A stretch of DNA of 63,034 nt, counting the filler, from Folioceros fuciformis (taxonomy: Eukaryota): NCBI GenBank assembly GCA_049999805.1. It is 13 parts of 13 records of this genome, joined end to end, with 100 filler letters (N's around TTAATTAATTAA, not from the genome) between each part and the next. Parts side by side here need not be neighbours in the genome. Positions count along the whole stretch, not along the records: positions 1 to 5,150 come from JBNGIO010004979.1; positions 5,251 to 8,486 come from JBNGIO010004981.1; positions 8,587 to 10,380 come from JBNGIO010004982.1; positions 10,481 to 12,488 come from JBNGIO010004983.1; 9 more parts are not named here. One strand, 5' to 3'. Numbering within the stretch: position 1 is the first letter of the stretch; every line of letters starts with the position of its first letter. Both the position numbers and the translations under genes were made by a program. Below the pieces are notes generated by a model. The model saw only the letters and a list, made by a program, of their open reading frames with translations, was not told where the DNA came from and ran no database searches. Positions 1 to 12,588 of this stretch are shown here, one piece after another.

Positions 1-2
1 AT

Positions 3-653
3 TGGAGTTGCAAGAAGCAGACCTCCATAGCGCTCTCTTCTACGGAGGCGGAGTACAAGTTGCTCACCGATGCCTCCAAGGAAGTCGAGTGGGAGCGAGC
101 TTTCTTAGCCGACATCGGCCAGAGACAAGACCAGCCGACGGCGCTCTACTGCGACAACATGTCAGCCCTGGCCCTGATCTCAAATCCCAAGTTCCACGCC
201 AGGACGAAGCACATAGAGATCCAACATCACTACATCCGGGACGTGGTTGAGCGCAAGGTGGTGGAAGCCAACTACGTGCCAATAGAGGACAACCTGGCGG
301 ACATTCTGACAAAGGGTCTGCCCAAGCTCCGGCACTACCAGCATTTGCAGAGTATGGGGCTAGTCGACTTCGCCCCCTACCTCACCAACAACTGAAGACC
401 AGAAGTTGCTCCCTCGGCAGAGGGAGCGTTAGCCTAGGTTATGTTCCCCTTAAGAGGGAGTGTTAAGATTAATAAGAGCTACATAACCTAGCTAATAGTC
501 AAGCGAGTTAGGCTAACCCTGGCTCGTTCAGCGAATAGTCGCATCCCTACGAAGGGGTGCCTGGGTCCCCTATAAAAGGGCCTCCAATCCATGTACTTCC
601 CAATCTTTCCTAATTCATGCTTCCGTTTCGCTCCCACCTTAGGAAAGTTCACA
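3..653 (+). mobile_element. Ty1/copia 3' end: RNase H C-terminus (3-395), PPT (~452-460), short 3' LTR (461-653); inserted in a gypsy pol
   Basis: Frame from nt 3 reads WSCKKQTSIALSSTEAEY...CDNMSA...FHARTKHIEIQHHYIR...ADILTKGL. AAGAGGGAG is followed by TGTTAAG...TTCACA, with TATAAAA at 571. Gypsy RT-connection codons start at 654. Confidence 0.85.
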
Positions 654-3600
654 TTAAGGAAGGAGGAGGAATGGGTGTGGACATCAGCACGGGAGGATGT
701 GTTTCAGGATCTCAGGACCACGCTTGTAACTGCCCCAATGCTCAAAGGACCTATGGAGTGATTTCTTGCACACCCAAGAACCACCAAGGGGCCACACTTC
801 CCCTTATTATCGTTGCAGTCTTATGATTCGCTCCCAAGGGAGTGAACTAATGTCAAGGTTACCTACATCTCCCTAATCTCACCCTATCTATCAGCATATA
901 CCAAGTGCTACAACAATAGGTCAAAATTCTCGGTCCTGTCTTCGGCTCTTACCACAACACCAGCCCCAGCCTCAACAATATGAGAACTCCAGCATTGTCT
1001 TCAGCCCTCGTTTCCAACTCCAAGTATCAATCACTTCAGTGCTGAGAGGAGGCTCCAGCCCCAAGTCTGGCCTCCAACTCTCAGCACCTAGTGCTAGCTC
1101 CCTCCGCAGCTAAACGAGAACCTCAACTTCAGCTACCTCCTCACTCCAGCTTCAACACTTCATTCCACCACTTCAGCACTTCACCCCAACATTTCAGTCC
1201 TTCACTTCAGCACTTCACTTCACCCTCCAGCCCCTCACTTCAGCTCAACTCCTCGCTTCAACACTTCCACTTCCAAAATCTGCAACTCAACCCTTCTCTC
1301 CTGCAATTTGGAACACAATAGCCTTCCCTCTTGCAGCCTTCCCTTCAAGGCAGAGGCGAGGCCTAGGGCTGGGTAGCCTCCTTGGCTCACGGCCCTGCAA
1401 CCTCACCTCAGCCAGCATGCAAGGTGGTCAGCCATTGCGGATCCGGCCACACGAATCTTGGCAGTCTTGGGATCCTCCACGTTCCCCTAGTGGCAAGGGA
1501 AATCAAGACCTTGGTTTAGTCTCAACCAGCTCAGCGCCCTAAGCCAAGAGTTCTGCACCCAAGGTCCAGGGAAATCGCACCGTAGACAGCCCCCTCCTCA
1601 ATGGCAAGTCTAGCCTCTTATACTACCTTGGCCCAAACCTCCATCTCTATCTATTAGGGTTAGCCTCAGTCAACCACCTAGCAATCTTTATCTGACCTAA
1701 GCCGCCCCTAATTCTGACCTAAACCTAACTCTGACCTAACCCTAACTTTGACCCAAACCTAGTTTTGACCTAATAGGGGTTGTGTGCCATGGACACCACT
1801 GGGTGCCCTTACCAAAATTGACCAACCTCTCAAGACTACTAAAATGCTCAGTGCCTCTCAACACTCTCCCTCCTCCCTCAAATCATTCCAGCAACCCTTC
1901 AAAGACGTGTCTCGCCTCACCATTAATCTAGCTACTAATCTAACCTAATCTTTTAACCATTTCACCACAGGGTTCACTTAAAGATTCCCAAAAAGAGAAA
2001 TCCTACCATTTTCCAAGGACCTATTCAGCATGTGGAGTCCACAGGACCCGATTGGAGCAAGAAATTCCACGTATATGTCGACGTCTCAGCCTTTGCCATT
2101 GGGGTCATGCTCAGCCAACGAGATGAGAAGAAGAGGGACCACCCGATTTATTATGCAAGGCGACAACTGACCGAGGCAGAACGAAAATACTCAACCACGG
2201 AACGGGAAGCCCTCGAAATGGTGTATTCAGTCCGGAAATTTCGGCACTATCTGCTATCCTACGAATTCGTGTTCCATGTGGATCATTTCGCGCTAAAGCA
2301 TTTGGTGAACAAGGTAGATCTGTCAGGAAGGATAGCCAGGTGGGTTTTGCTATTGCAGGAGTTCACCTTTACAGTGGAGACCCGCCAGGGCCGCAAGCAC
2401 GTCAACGCCGATTACCTCTCATGACTGCAGTCGGAGGAGGTAAGCCAGGATCAGGAGGATGAGTTTCCGGATGAAGCTCTATTCACAGCAGAAATCGAGG
2501 GTGAAGCGGTTGTGCCCAATCGTAAGCGCTAGCAGAAGGGGGGCACAGCAGGAAATGAGAAGGGGAGGGTCAAGTTTGTTCGGCCCACCTATTTGGGAGT
2601 AGCGGAATTCCTGGAATCAGGGGTCATTTCTACCGATGTATCGAGACAGCGGAGGCAAGCTTGGGTGCACTACACTCGACCTTTCACCCGCAGCGGAGGG
2701 GAGCTGTATCGAACAGGGCCGGACGGACGCCCACGTTTATGGATAACAGGAGAAAGGATTGAGCAAGTGCTGAGGGGCCTGCACGACGAGGAGGCAGGTG
2801 GCCATTTCGCAGCGCATATTACTTGCAGGAAGATCCAAGAGGCAGGATACTGGTGGCCCACGATGTACCGAGATACAGCACAATACGTAAAAAATGTGAT
2901 GCCTGCCAGCGGGTGGGGAAGCCTACCCCGATGACGCAATGGCCGTTGGTGCCGATTTTGGCTTTGGCACCCTTCGAGAAGTGGGGAATCGATTTTGTGG
3001 GACCGATCCAGCCAAAGACTCGAGTTCGGCAGAATCAGTACATTTTGGTTGCGACGGATTACTGCACAAGGATGGTGGAAGCGCAACCTCTGCAAGTGGA
3101 TACTGCGCATGTGGTCGCAAAATTTCTGTTCGAGCAAGTGATTGCTCGGTATGGCTGCCCGCTGGAGTTGGTAAATGACCGGGGTACCCACTTTGTCAAT
3201 GAGGTAATCACCCATCTGGTGGACGATTTCAATGTGTAGCACAGGCGAACTACCCCCTACAATCCGAAGGCGAATGGGCTGACAGAGAAAGCGAATGGTC
3301 TTTTGTGTCGAATACTGAACAAGATGACAGTGGAGTATTCTTATGACTGGGATCTCAAGCTCCATTCGGCGCTGTGGGCGTATCGGACTACAGAGAGAGT
3401 CACCACCCAGAAAACTCCTTACTATCTTACTTATGGCCATCATCCGGTGATGCCTATGGAGTTTGAAGTGTTAACCCCGCGTTTTCAAAACAGGGATCGG
3501 ATGACAGTGGAGGAGAGTCAGCTGGAGCGCCTGGTTAGTTTTATTAAACACACTGAAGACATGGAAAAAGCTTTGGAAACAATGCAGGAGATGCAGACTA

Positions 3601-3839
3601 GGAGGAAGGAGTGGCATGACCGTAGGATGAAGCAACAGGAGTGGGTAGTGCCTGGTGATCTAGCTCTGCTATATGACAGCAGGTATATGCACTTTCCAGG
3701 GAAATTACATCTGAGGTGGATGGGACCATACAGGGTTGCTGAGGTTTTTGACAATGGCTCCATTCAGCTGCAACAGATGGACGGACAGCTGCTGCCAACC
3801 AGGGTGAATGGGTGGCGTGTGAAGAAGTATTATGTGTAG
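654..3839 (+). mobile_element. Ty3/gypsy (Athila/Phygy-like, non-chromovirus) pol fragment: RT connection, RNase H, integrase; degenerate and split by a solo LTR
   Basis: LRKEEEWVWTSAREDVFQDLRTTLVTAPMLKGP|DWSKKFHVYVD reads through once 752-2043 and one TSD copy are removed. Also YSTTEREAL, GGHF..T..KI..AGYWWP, PFEKWGIDFVGP and GKLHLRWMGPY...VNGWRVKKYY. No chromodomain. Contains stops and frameshifts. Confidence 0.92.
752..2043 (-). mobile_element. Solo LTR (family A, 1292 bp) with 5-bp TSD GGACC
   Basis: GGACC at 747-751 and 2044-2048. Termini TATGGA...TCCACA. Homologous to the LTR end at 48965 that abuts a tRNA-Asp PBS, which sets minus orientation. TATA-like TATAAG at ~1617-1622 (minus). 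Confidence 0.88.
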
Positions 3840-3861
3840 GTTGGCGAGGGCGCCAACAGAT

Positions 3862-4720
3862 GAGAAGGGGAGTATGTGAATGAAAAAAACTTTCGGAACC
3901 CCCATTTTGAGCGACGGAATGAGCAGGTTGTGATTTTTTTTGTGAAGGGACAGGCGAATCGGCTTAGTAGGTAAATGAGACCAGGGCGTTTATGCCCAAA
4001 GTCCCTCTTGGCCTTTGGGGTTTGGGGTGTACTGAAGACCAGGACAAGGAGGAGGAATGAGCGAGTGCCTCCTTGCCTCTCGGGTCATTGAGAACATTAA
4101 GGACCAGGTCTGTAGGTAGGTGAGTGGGGTATTACCGTGGCCTTTGGTGGTCCAGGGCCCCTTAGGTCTCTATACATGCTACCCCCCTCCCCTCTTTTCT
4201 TTTGAGAAATAAGGAAATAGAAATGATTAGGGAACAGGCTAGTGGTGGACTTAAGCAAAAATAAGGGCTGAGACGACGGGGCGACGGTAGTCGGCAGGGC
4301 AACCGTCGCCGGAGGGACGACTAGTGGTAGCCCGATGGGCGGTAAGGAGAGAAAGCAGGCAGGGCATAAAACCCCTAGAGAAGGGGGAGCTTTGTCTAGC
4401 ATCTGGAAGCGCGGGGAGTGGGAGTAACTTGAAGCGTGAAGCGGCTGAGGAAGGAGAAAGCGCCAGGACGACGGGATAGACGGCGCATGGCGTAAGGGTT
4501 GAGCAGGCACAGGGGAGTGGAAGACCTCCAAGGCGCGAGTGGTGGAGAGAGCTGGGCGAACAGAGGACGAGCCAGAGCGCGACCAGGACAAAAGAGATCC
4601 GAGCCCAAGCGTGAGAGGAGGAGGATAGGCAGGATGAGGACGCGGCCTGAACTGATCCTTGGAGCAGTAGCCTCTGGACAAGAGGGGGGGGCCTCCTGTC
4701 CCCCGAATTGACCTACTCCT
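3862..4720 (+). mobile_element. PPT (3862-3872) and start of the gypsy 3' LTR (TGTGAA at 3875), including the 5' end of the LTR-borne ORF (ATG 4634); cut by a copia insertion
   Basis: GAGAAGGGGAG begins 23 nt after the integrase stop. Homology with the reverse complement of 51106-50410 starts exactly at TGTGAA. GRMRTRPELILG matches GRMRSRPDLIPG. Confidence 0.75.
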
Positions 4721-5150
4721 TGTTGAGTTATCGAGCTCTATATGAGCTAAACTCATGTGGTGTTAGTTATCCCAGTTGGGTTCATACTAGACTAGTTCTA
4801 GTTATTAGTGAACTTAGGATAGTGTAGATTATCCCATATTGAACCTGGAAGTTGTGTAGCCCTAAATGTACTACTTAAATGGAGACCTCGGACCTCCATA
4901 GTAAGACAGTGGTGATGTGTATTGTTTTCATGGTTGTGATCACCAATACCACCCTCTCTTCTCTCCTCTCCTCTCCTACACTTGCACGTAGATTGGAGTC
5001 GATCCTATTGACATGGTATTAGAGCCCGGTGCAGGCGGTGCAAGATCAGCGTAGGAGGTGCTGCAAGAGGCAGCAAGAGTGCACACCAGAAGCTAGAGCA
5101 GCTACGAGAAGTTGGAGCAGCTTGGAGGGAGATCGGCAGCAAGCGTCCCG
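4721..5150 (+). mobile_element. Ty1/copia 5' LTR (4721-5013), tRNA-iMet PBS (5014-5025) and leader; same family as 10481-12488 and 40201-45042
   Basis: TGTTGAG...TTGACA followed by TGGTATTAGAGC. Nearly identical to the LTR at 44752-45042 and to 10481-10685. Confidence 0.92.
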
Positions 5151-5846
5151 NNNNNNNNNNNNNNNNNNNNNNNNNNNNNNNNNNNNNNNNNNNNTTAATT
5201 AATTAANNNNNNNNNNNNNNNNNNNNNNNNNNNNNNNNNNNNNNNNNNNNAGTGAGAGTTCCTAGGAAGCTTTAGACAGGTGAGCTAATTGCTCCCTAAA
5301 TTCAATAATCTCCTGCTCCTGTTTTGCAAGTGCCATCAGGTCTGAAACACGAAGACTCTCAAGTTTCTCTTGCCTGGATAACACGTTATCAATCCTAGAA
5401 GTATACTCCAAAACTGTACTCTTAATATTTAGAATTGAATTAAGAGTTACTTCCTACTTTGAAAATGTCTCAGGCTGAGGCTTCGGTTTCTTTATGTATT
5501 CAGTGCCTGATGATCGATCGATAGAGCTGAAATCCCTTATTTCTTGGTACAGGTTTGTCACAGGATGCGCACTTATGGTTGTTGGAGGCTGAGGCAAAAG
5601 AGTCAAGGAAGGTGCTCAGAAACTGGGCCCTCTCAACTTCTCAGTTAGAATTGCTAACGTGGAAGCAGATGCATCGAAGATCTATTAGCAACTCAATAGG
5701 TGGATACAAAGGTAGGCCTTAAATAGCGGTTTACGAAGGGGTGCGTCCTATAACTAGCTTGCTAGTTAACTAATTGCACTTATAACTAGGTCTAGTTAGA
5801 CTAACCAACGTGATACAGAACCACGTGGTCTGCCTTATATTCTAAC

Positions 5847-7809
5847 TCTCCCTCTCAGACACGTGCTGGTTGCTGTGAACTGAGAGCTCCTAAATACAAA
5901 CGGAGATCACCGCCGTTGACGCCAAGCTTCAAGCATCTTCAAATCGGCTATCACCAAGAGTCGGTCGTCCTCACTCTTGCAGAGCCTGTAGCCTATAGGA
6001 CCTCTCAAAGTAGAACACCACTCCAAAGACCAGAAGAGAAGCATGCCGTCTGCTTCGAAACACCAACCCAAGTGACGGAACATAGGTGTAGTGAAAGGTC
6101 CTACCAAATGAGTGACTTATCTAGTATCATGTAACTACTACAATCCACCAATCCAAGCCCTTCCCTGTGGTAATAGTGTTTAAACTTGGGCAAAAACTTG
6201 GTCAACATATCTGCTGTGTTGTCGTCGGTAGGTATATATTGAACCTTGACAATACCTCTCTCAGCAGCATCCCTGATATAATGATGTTGTATCTCTATAT
6301 GCTTGGTGCGTGCGTGGAAGACGGGGTTAGCAACCAAAGCAATTGCTGACATATTATCACAATGCAAAATAGTTGGCCCTACCCAAGTCTTCGCATAGCT
6401 TCCTTTCCCATTCAGCCTCCTTTGTAGCTTCGGTGAGTGCCTTGTACTCTGACTCTGTGGAAGATAAAGAGATGGCTGCTTGTTTTCTACAAGACTAGTT
6501 AACTACGGAGGAGCTGGCGAGAAAGCAAAAGGCTGATATACTTTTGTGGGTATCAGCGTCAGAAGCCCAATCTGCATCTACGTAGCAGGTGAGTTGCAGA
6601 CGCTTCTTCCCGCTGGGTTTACAGCAAAGACCATAATTGGGTGTACCCTTGAGGTACCTCACGATACGCTTGAGGGCTATCCAGTGAACCTTTTCTGGGT
6701 TCTCAGAGAACTGAGCAACTGCATTTACAGTGTTGGAGATATCGGGCCTTGTTTGATTACTCAAGAACATAAGAGTACCTATGGCCATACGGTAAGGGAT
6801 ATTCTCCATTTCTTTCTTGTCTTCTTTAGATTGTGGACATGAGGCAGAAGAGAGCTTGATGCCAAAGGCACATGGTGTGGTTGACGCCCTTGCTTTCTCC
6901 ATGTTGAAGCGTTTGAGCATACCAGCTACGTATCTACCCTGGTGAAGGTAAATAGCACCTGTACTATCTCTGTGTACATGCATGCCAAGGATATACTTAA
7001 CCTTTCCCAGGTCCTTCATCTCGAATTCCCTGCTGAGGTCAGCCTTGATCTTGTTGACTAGGTTTACGTTGTTCCCTGGAATGACCAAGTCATCCACATA
7101 GAGAGCGACTAGCACAAGAGAGCTATCCTTGCGTAGAACATAGATGTTGTTAGTGTCAGCTTCACTTTGGACAAACCCTATTTTCTTGAGATAAGAGTCC
7201 ATCCTCTCATACCACAAACGTGGGCTCTGCTTGAGTCCATAAATGGATCGATTGAGTTTACACACCTTGTGTGGGCACGCCTTGTCTACGTAGTCCTCAG
7301 GCTGATCCATGTAGATCTCTTCCTGTAAATGACCATAGAGAAAGGCCGTGCACACATCTAGCTGATAAATCTCTAAGTTTAGCTCAGCACATAGAGCAAG
7401 GAGCATCCTTACGGACGCAGCTTTAACTACGGGTGAGTAGACCTTATCGCCCTGATAATCAACTCCCTCTTTCTGACTATACCCCTTAGCCACTAATCTC
7501 ACTTTGTAGCGGATTCTAGGCTCAACTTCCTGGAACTTAGTCTTAAGAACCCATTTGCATTTGATGGTAGTTCTACCCTTGGGCAGGGTGACAAGAGACC
7601 AGGTATTGTTTTTGATTAATGAGTTATACTCATCATCGACGGCCAGCTTCCATTTAGCTGCCTTAGGTCTGGAGTAAGCCTCCTGTAAGGTTAAAGGATC
7701 TCCCTCTGCAACAGCAACACTTAAGCATCCATAGAATCACCATAGGTTAAGTGAGCTTGATTAAACTCAATGTCAAATGGTAGGTCCTTCCAGAGATGCC
7801 TAGGCTGAC
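5847..7809 (-). mobile_element. Ty1/copia RT-RNase H fragment with PPT near 5848-5857; degenerate
   Basis: RLVAKGYSQ, QLDVCTAFLYG, YGLKQSPRLW, ALYVDDL, DADWA, CDNMSAIAL...HARTKHIEIQHHYIR. GAGAGGGAG on the minus strand precedes an LTR-like segment. Confidence 0.9.
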
Positions 7810-8486
7810 TATGGAGGCAAAACCCCGGGCACTGATTGCCAACGGGTTCCACCTTTAGTGGCCACACTTATCCCACTGTCGTTGAGACATTGGGTTTCGT
7901 TCCCACGAAGGAGCGATGGGGTTCCTTGCTGCTGTGGATGGAGGGTCGGACTTGATCAACTCGATGATGGATTCGAGGGCTCCCCTCCAGCTCCGATCAG
8001 GCGTAGGACAGGCCTCGCTGTCCGGCGGTCAGCTGCACCTCTCTCGGTGCCCACAAACTCACTCTAGTCACTACAACGACCCTAACCTCTCAGATCTGCG
8101 ACTTCCCTCAAACACTTCACTCACTCTCTCACTCCAGCACCAACACCAGCAACTACTAGCAACTAGCAACTAGCAACGACACCACTACCTTGTACACTTC
8201 CCTACTGACTCCTCCTACCCGGCAAGAGTCACTAGACTAACTCCAAACAAAAGGACGAAGGGAACACACTCCCCTCTTGGGTATCTCCTCCCCACAACCT
8301 TACCAGACACCATGAGACATGGCCGGCCTACAACACTTGACCAAGCAAGGAACAAGAGTGGACAGGTCGAGAGGAAGACACACCCTTTACAATCAAGAGC
8401 TAGGGGCAAGCCCCTTCACCCTGGTCATTACACCTTGTGATCCTACCAGACACTATACAACCGGCAACACGCTACCCGCGATCCTA
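7810..8486 (-). mobile_element. Gypsy LTR family D, 3'-terminal part; runs into a gap at its tandem repeat
   Basis: Highly similar to 60259-60930 and 14933-14979. All three begin T(G/A)TGGAGGCAAAACCCCGGG in unrelated flanks. Orientation inferred from a motif shared with families A and B. Confidence 0.7.
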
Positions 8487-8586
8487 NNNNNNNNNNNNNN
8501 NNNNNNNNNNNNNNNNNNNNNNNNNNNNNNTTAATTAATTAANNNNNNNNNNNNNNNNNNNNNNNNNNNNNNNNNNNNNNNNNNNN

Positions 8587-10380
8587 AGGATACTTCCTAC
8601 GGCCTCGCTGTAAGGTACGTTGACCATCTCCCTTTGCTCCTCAGGTGTAGTTGGGCAATTTTCTGCTGATATTTTATCACCTGATGCTATGGGGGTTGCA
8701 ACAGGCTTTGCATCCTTGAGATTGAAGCGTTCCAAGAGCTGCTCGACGTAATGTGATTGATGTATGAAGAACGTGTGATTCTTTGAGTCACGCTCAAACT
8801 GCACGCCTAGGGCGTACTTCAGCTGTCCTAGATCAGAGACTTCATACTCCTTAGATAAAAGGTCTTTGATCGTCTGTATGTAAGTTGAATCGTTTCCGAA
8901 GATGAAGTTGTCATCGACATAGAGTGTCATAATTGCGAACGTCTCCCCCTCTCTCAAGAGGTAAACACTAGGATCAACAGATAGTGGAGTGAATCCGCAT
9001 TTCTTCAAATACCGATCTATGGTCTCATTCCAGACCTGAGCCGACTGCTTGAGGCCATACAGAGACTTCACAAGTCGGCAGACCTTCTTGCTGTCCTTCA
9101 CGAACCCTGGTGGCTGCAACATATAAATTCAGGGTCCCGTACAAAAAAGCTGTTTTTATGTCAACCTGATGAATGTCGAGGTGGTAATGTGTTGCGAAAG
9201 CCGAAAGAAGTCGGATGGAAGTCGACTTGACGACCGGACTGTAAAGACGGTTCTCCTCATAATCGAAGCCGGGAGTCTGTGTGAATCCTCTGGCGACGAG
9301 CCGTCCTTTGTATCTGGATACAGTTCCGTCTGGATTAAGCTTCCTCCGAAAGGTCCACTTACAAGATATGGGCTTTCTGCCCGGGGGCAAATCTATCAAT
9401 TCCCAAGTCTTATTAGCAATGAGGGAGTTATACTCATCCTGTGCAGCGGCTGTCCATTGTGAGGATTTAAAGGCTTCTTCAATTGTGAGTGGGACTCCCT
9501 GCATTTCAATAGCCGACAGTGCTTGGTGAAGAGCCATTTGAGCTTCCTGCTGGTGAGTATCAACGGGTGTGTCCGCTGTGGGAAGCTGGTTTTGAGTAAG
9601 GGTATCACCTGGAGTGTATGGAGGTTCCTTCCATTCATCACGAGGAGGCCTGTAGCGAGATGACCGTCTGGGAAGTTCCCGTTCAGGTTCGACAGCTAGT
9701 GGGGAAGGTTCAGGGATACCTGGGATGTCACGTACCTTTGGCTGCTGACTTGGAAGAAGGGTTTGAGTGGGCGGTGATGTCTGTACAGGTGCTGTAGAGT
9801 GAAGATCGTAGGTAGAAGATTGATGATGTACCTCTTGAGATTGTGAGTCATCGGGATCATATTGGGCCCCCTCAAGATCAAGAGGGGAATCAACAAAAGA
9901 GTACCCGTAAAGACTGGCGTTAGGCAGGGGGGAAGAAGTGTGGGTACTGGTGAGGTAATGGGCAAGTACACTGGTTTCGTTAAACTGGGCACTTCTTGAG
10001 TAAACGACCTGACGACTGTGAGGGTCAAATAACCGGTATGCTTTGACGTGATCTGAATATCCTATGAATAGGAGCTTACGACCTTTGTCATCCCACTTGC
10101 TACGGTTATCATCTGCAATGTGAGCGAAAGCGGGACTCCCAAATATACGTAAGTGTGAAATTCTGGGGGAACGACCTATCCATCTCTCATAAGGTGTAGT
10201 GTTTGGGAGATCTTTAGTTGGGAGTCGGTTCTTAAGATAAATGGCGGTGGAGGCTGCCTCTGCCCAGTAGCCCTTAGTCAGACCTGCAAGTTTGAGAAGA
10301 GACCTGGAAATTTCTAAAATGGAACGATTGAGCCGTTCTGCGAAAGGGTTTTGTGATGGGGTATAGGGGACAGTTAACTG
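8587..10380 (-). mobile_element. Ty1/copia integrase C-terminus and RT fragment (frameshift near 9125)
   Basis: ERLNRSILE..R, WAEAASTAIYLKNRLP, ISCKWTFRRK, YKGRLVARGFTQ, QVDIKTAFLYG, YGLKQS, LYVDD. Confidence 0.92.
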
Positions 10381-10480
10381 NNNNNNNNNNNNNNNNNNNN
10401 NNNNNNNNNNNNNNNNNNNNNNNNTTAATTAATTAANNNNNNNNNNNNNNNNNNNNNNNNNNNNNNNNNNNNNNNNNNNN

Positions 10481-12488
10481 ATACCACCCTCTCTTCTCTC
10501 CTCTCCTCTCCTACACTTGCACGTAGATTGGAGTCGATCCTATTGACATGGTATCAGAGCCCGGTGCAGGCGGTGCAAGATCGGCGTAGGAGGTGCTGCA
10601 AGAGGCAGCAAGAGTGCACACCAGAAGCTAGAGCAGCTACGAGAAGTTGGAGCAGCTTGGAGGGAGATCGGCAGCAAGCGTCCCGGCAGCTAACTCTCAT
10701 ATCGGTGTGTGCAGGAAGTGAGGAGAAGGGCGACAAGGCCCTGTCAGCTTACTGGACTAGCTGTTGATCCCCAGAGCTCTGTGGAAGGGCTGACAAGTGG
10801 AGGCAACAGCTGCAATAGCCTCAGCAGCTGCAAGAAAGTGTGCTAACCCTAGCTTGGCAGCAGGGAAGGAATTGACAGGAAATCTCACGGGAGCTTTGTG
10901 GGCAGACAGTCAAGAGTCTGTAAGGACACGGAGCATGAGACAATCTGGTTCACGCAAGGCAGCGTGATTCCGCACCAGATTGCTCTTAGGAAGAAGAGAC
11001 TTAAGGTCTTGTGAGTAAAACTCCAGTCAGAAGCAGTCTGGTTCTTTCAGACATTTATCAGGTGTGAGTACTCAAGAAAGGATTGAGTGTCAACCTTGAG
11101 TGGTGGCAAGAATGGCTAGTGACAGTATTAACCAGATCGTACAGGAGAAGCTGGACAAAAACAACTTCCATGCCTGGAAGTTTCGTTTTACAAACTTTCT
11201 TATGGGAAAGGGTTATTGGGACTACATTGAGGGGGAGCATGAAAAACCCCCTGTAGTACTTGAACGGAATGCAACAGCGGAGCAGATTAAGGCGCTGAAG
11301 GATTGGAGTCAAGGATCTCGGAAGGTCATGTATTGGCTGTCAATCAGCATTCATGACACCATGATTGGGCACATACAGGATGCAGAGTCGCCCAAAGAAG
11401 CATGGGATGAGTTGGTAAAACTCTATGAGACTAACACGAAGGCGAGAAAACTGCAGTTGAAGGATGACTTCAACACAGTTATGAAGAAGAACTTATCAAT
11501 CAATGAGTACGCGTTAAAGATCAAAGGGATAGTGGAATCCCTTGTGTCCATTGGTGTCAGTGTGGAAGATGATGACAAGGTCGAAGTTTGCTTGCGTGGG
11601 TTAACACCTGCCTACAAGCAGTTCAAGACTTCCATACAGACTCGGGAAAACATTCCCAATTTCTCAGACCTGATTTCTATGTTGATCATAGAGGAGAAAA
11701 ACCTAGGCGAGGAATCATCCTCTAAGCCTAAGGAAAACTCTGAGCAGGCCTTCTACTCTGGCAGAGGCAGAGGTAGAGCCCAAGGTGGCAGAGGGCAAAG
11801 AGGTGGTAGAGGTCGGAATCCCTACCAAAATCAACAACAGAATCAGGAGTCCCAGTACAAGAGTACACGTGGAAGAGAAGAAAATTCTCGAGGCTGGGGG
11901 AGTCAAAGAGGACGTGGAAATCAACAACAAAATGATGCAAATGCAGACAATAGTGGTTGCTGGACTTGTGGTAGGTTAGACCACTTCGAAAGAGACTGTC
12001 CAAGGAGAAATCAAGGCAACAGGAGGCAGCAGAACAATTATGCCTCTAGCAGCAGTCAGAATGACTCAGAAAACTTGTTTGTCATGCAGCATATGCTTAA
12101 CTCTGTGTCTGCTAATGGATCCAACAATGGTGAGATTGTGTGGTATGTGGACTCAGGAGCTTCGAACCACATGACATGCCATGGGGAGTGGTTCAAAGAA
12201 ATGCAAGTGCTTGACAAACCTGGATATGTAGAAACTGGAGATGACACAACACATGCAATTGTGCATACAGGAACTGTACCTCTGAAGATGCAGGATGGCA
12301 AAGTGAAGTGCCTGGTAGATGTTCTTCACGTACCCAACATCACAAAGAACTTGGTGTCAGTTGGGCAGATGGTTGAGCAAGGACTGCAGGTTAGATTTAC
12401 ACCTGCAGGACTCTTTGTTGAAGAGTGCAAGAAAGGCGGTCGCCTGATTGCTCAAGGACAGAAGGTTGGACGGATGTTCACCTTGAAC
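10481..12488 (+). mobile_element. Ty1/copia 5' part: LTR end, PBS (10549-10560), uninterrupted gag-protease ORF from ATG 11112 to the gap
   Basis: TGGTATCAGAGC PBS. KLDKNNFHAWKFR gag start, CWTCGRLDHFERDC zinc knuckle, WYVDSGASNHMT protease. Confidence 0.95.
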
Positions 12489-12588
12489 NNNNNNNNNNNN
12501 NNNNNNNNNNNNNNNNNNNNNNNNNNNNNNNNTTAATTAATTAANNNNNNNNNNNNNNNNNNNNNNNNNNNNNNNNNNNNNNNNNNNN

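Noticed and set aside
1700-1775. Interstitial telomere repeats (also 13488-13550)
   Set aside because: Degenerate CCTAAC units at the same position within family A LTRs, not a TTTAGGG array.
2670-3443. Long antisense ORFs (also 4097-4756, 37736-38566, 50588-51316, 58353-59147)
   Set aside because: They shadow real coding or LTR sequence on the opposite strand and have no recognisable motifs.
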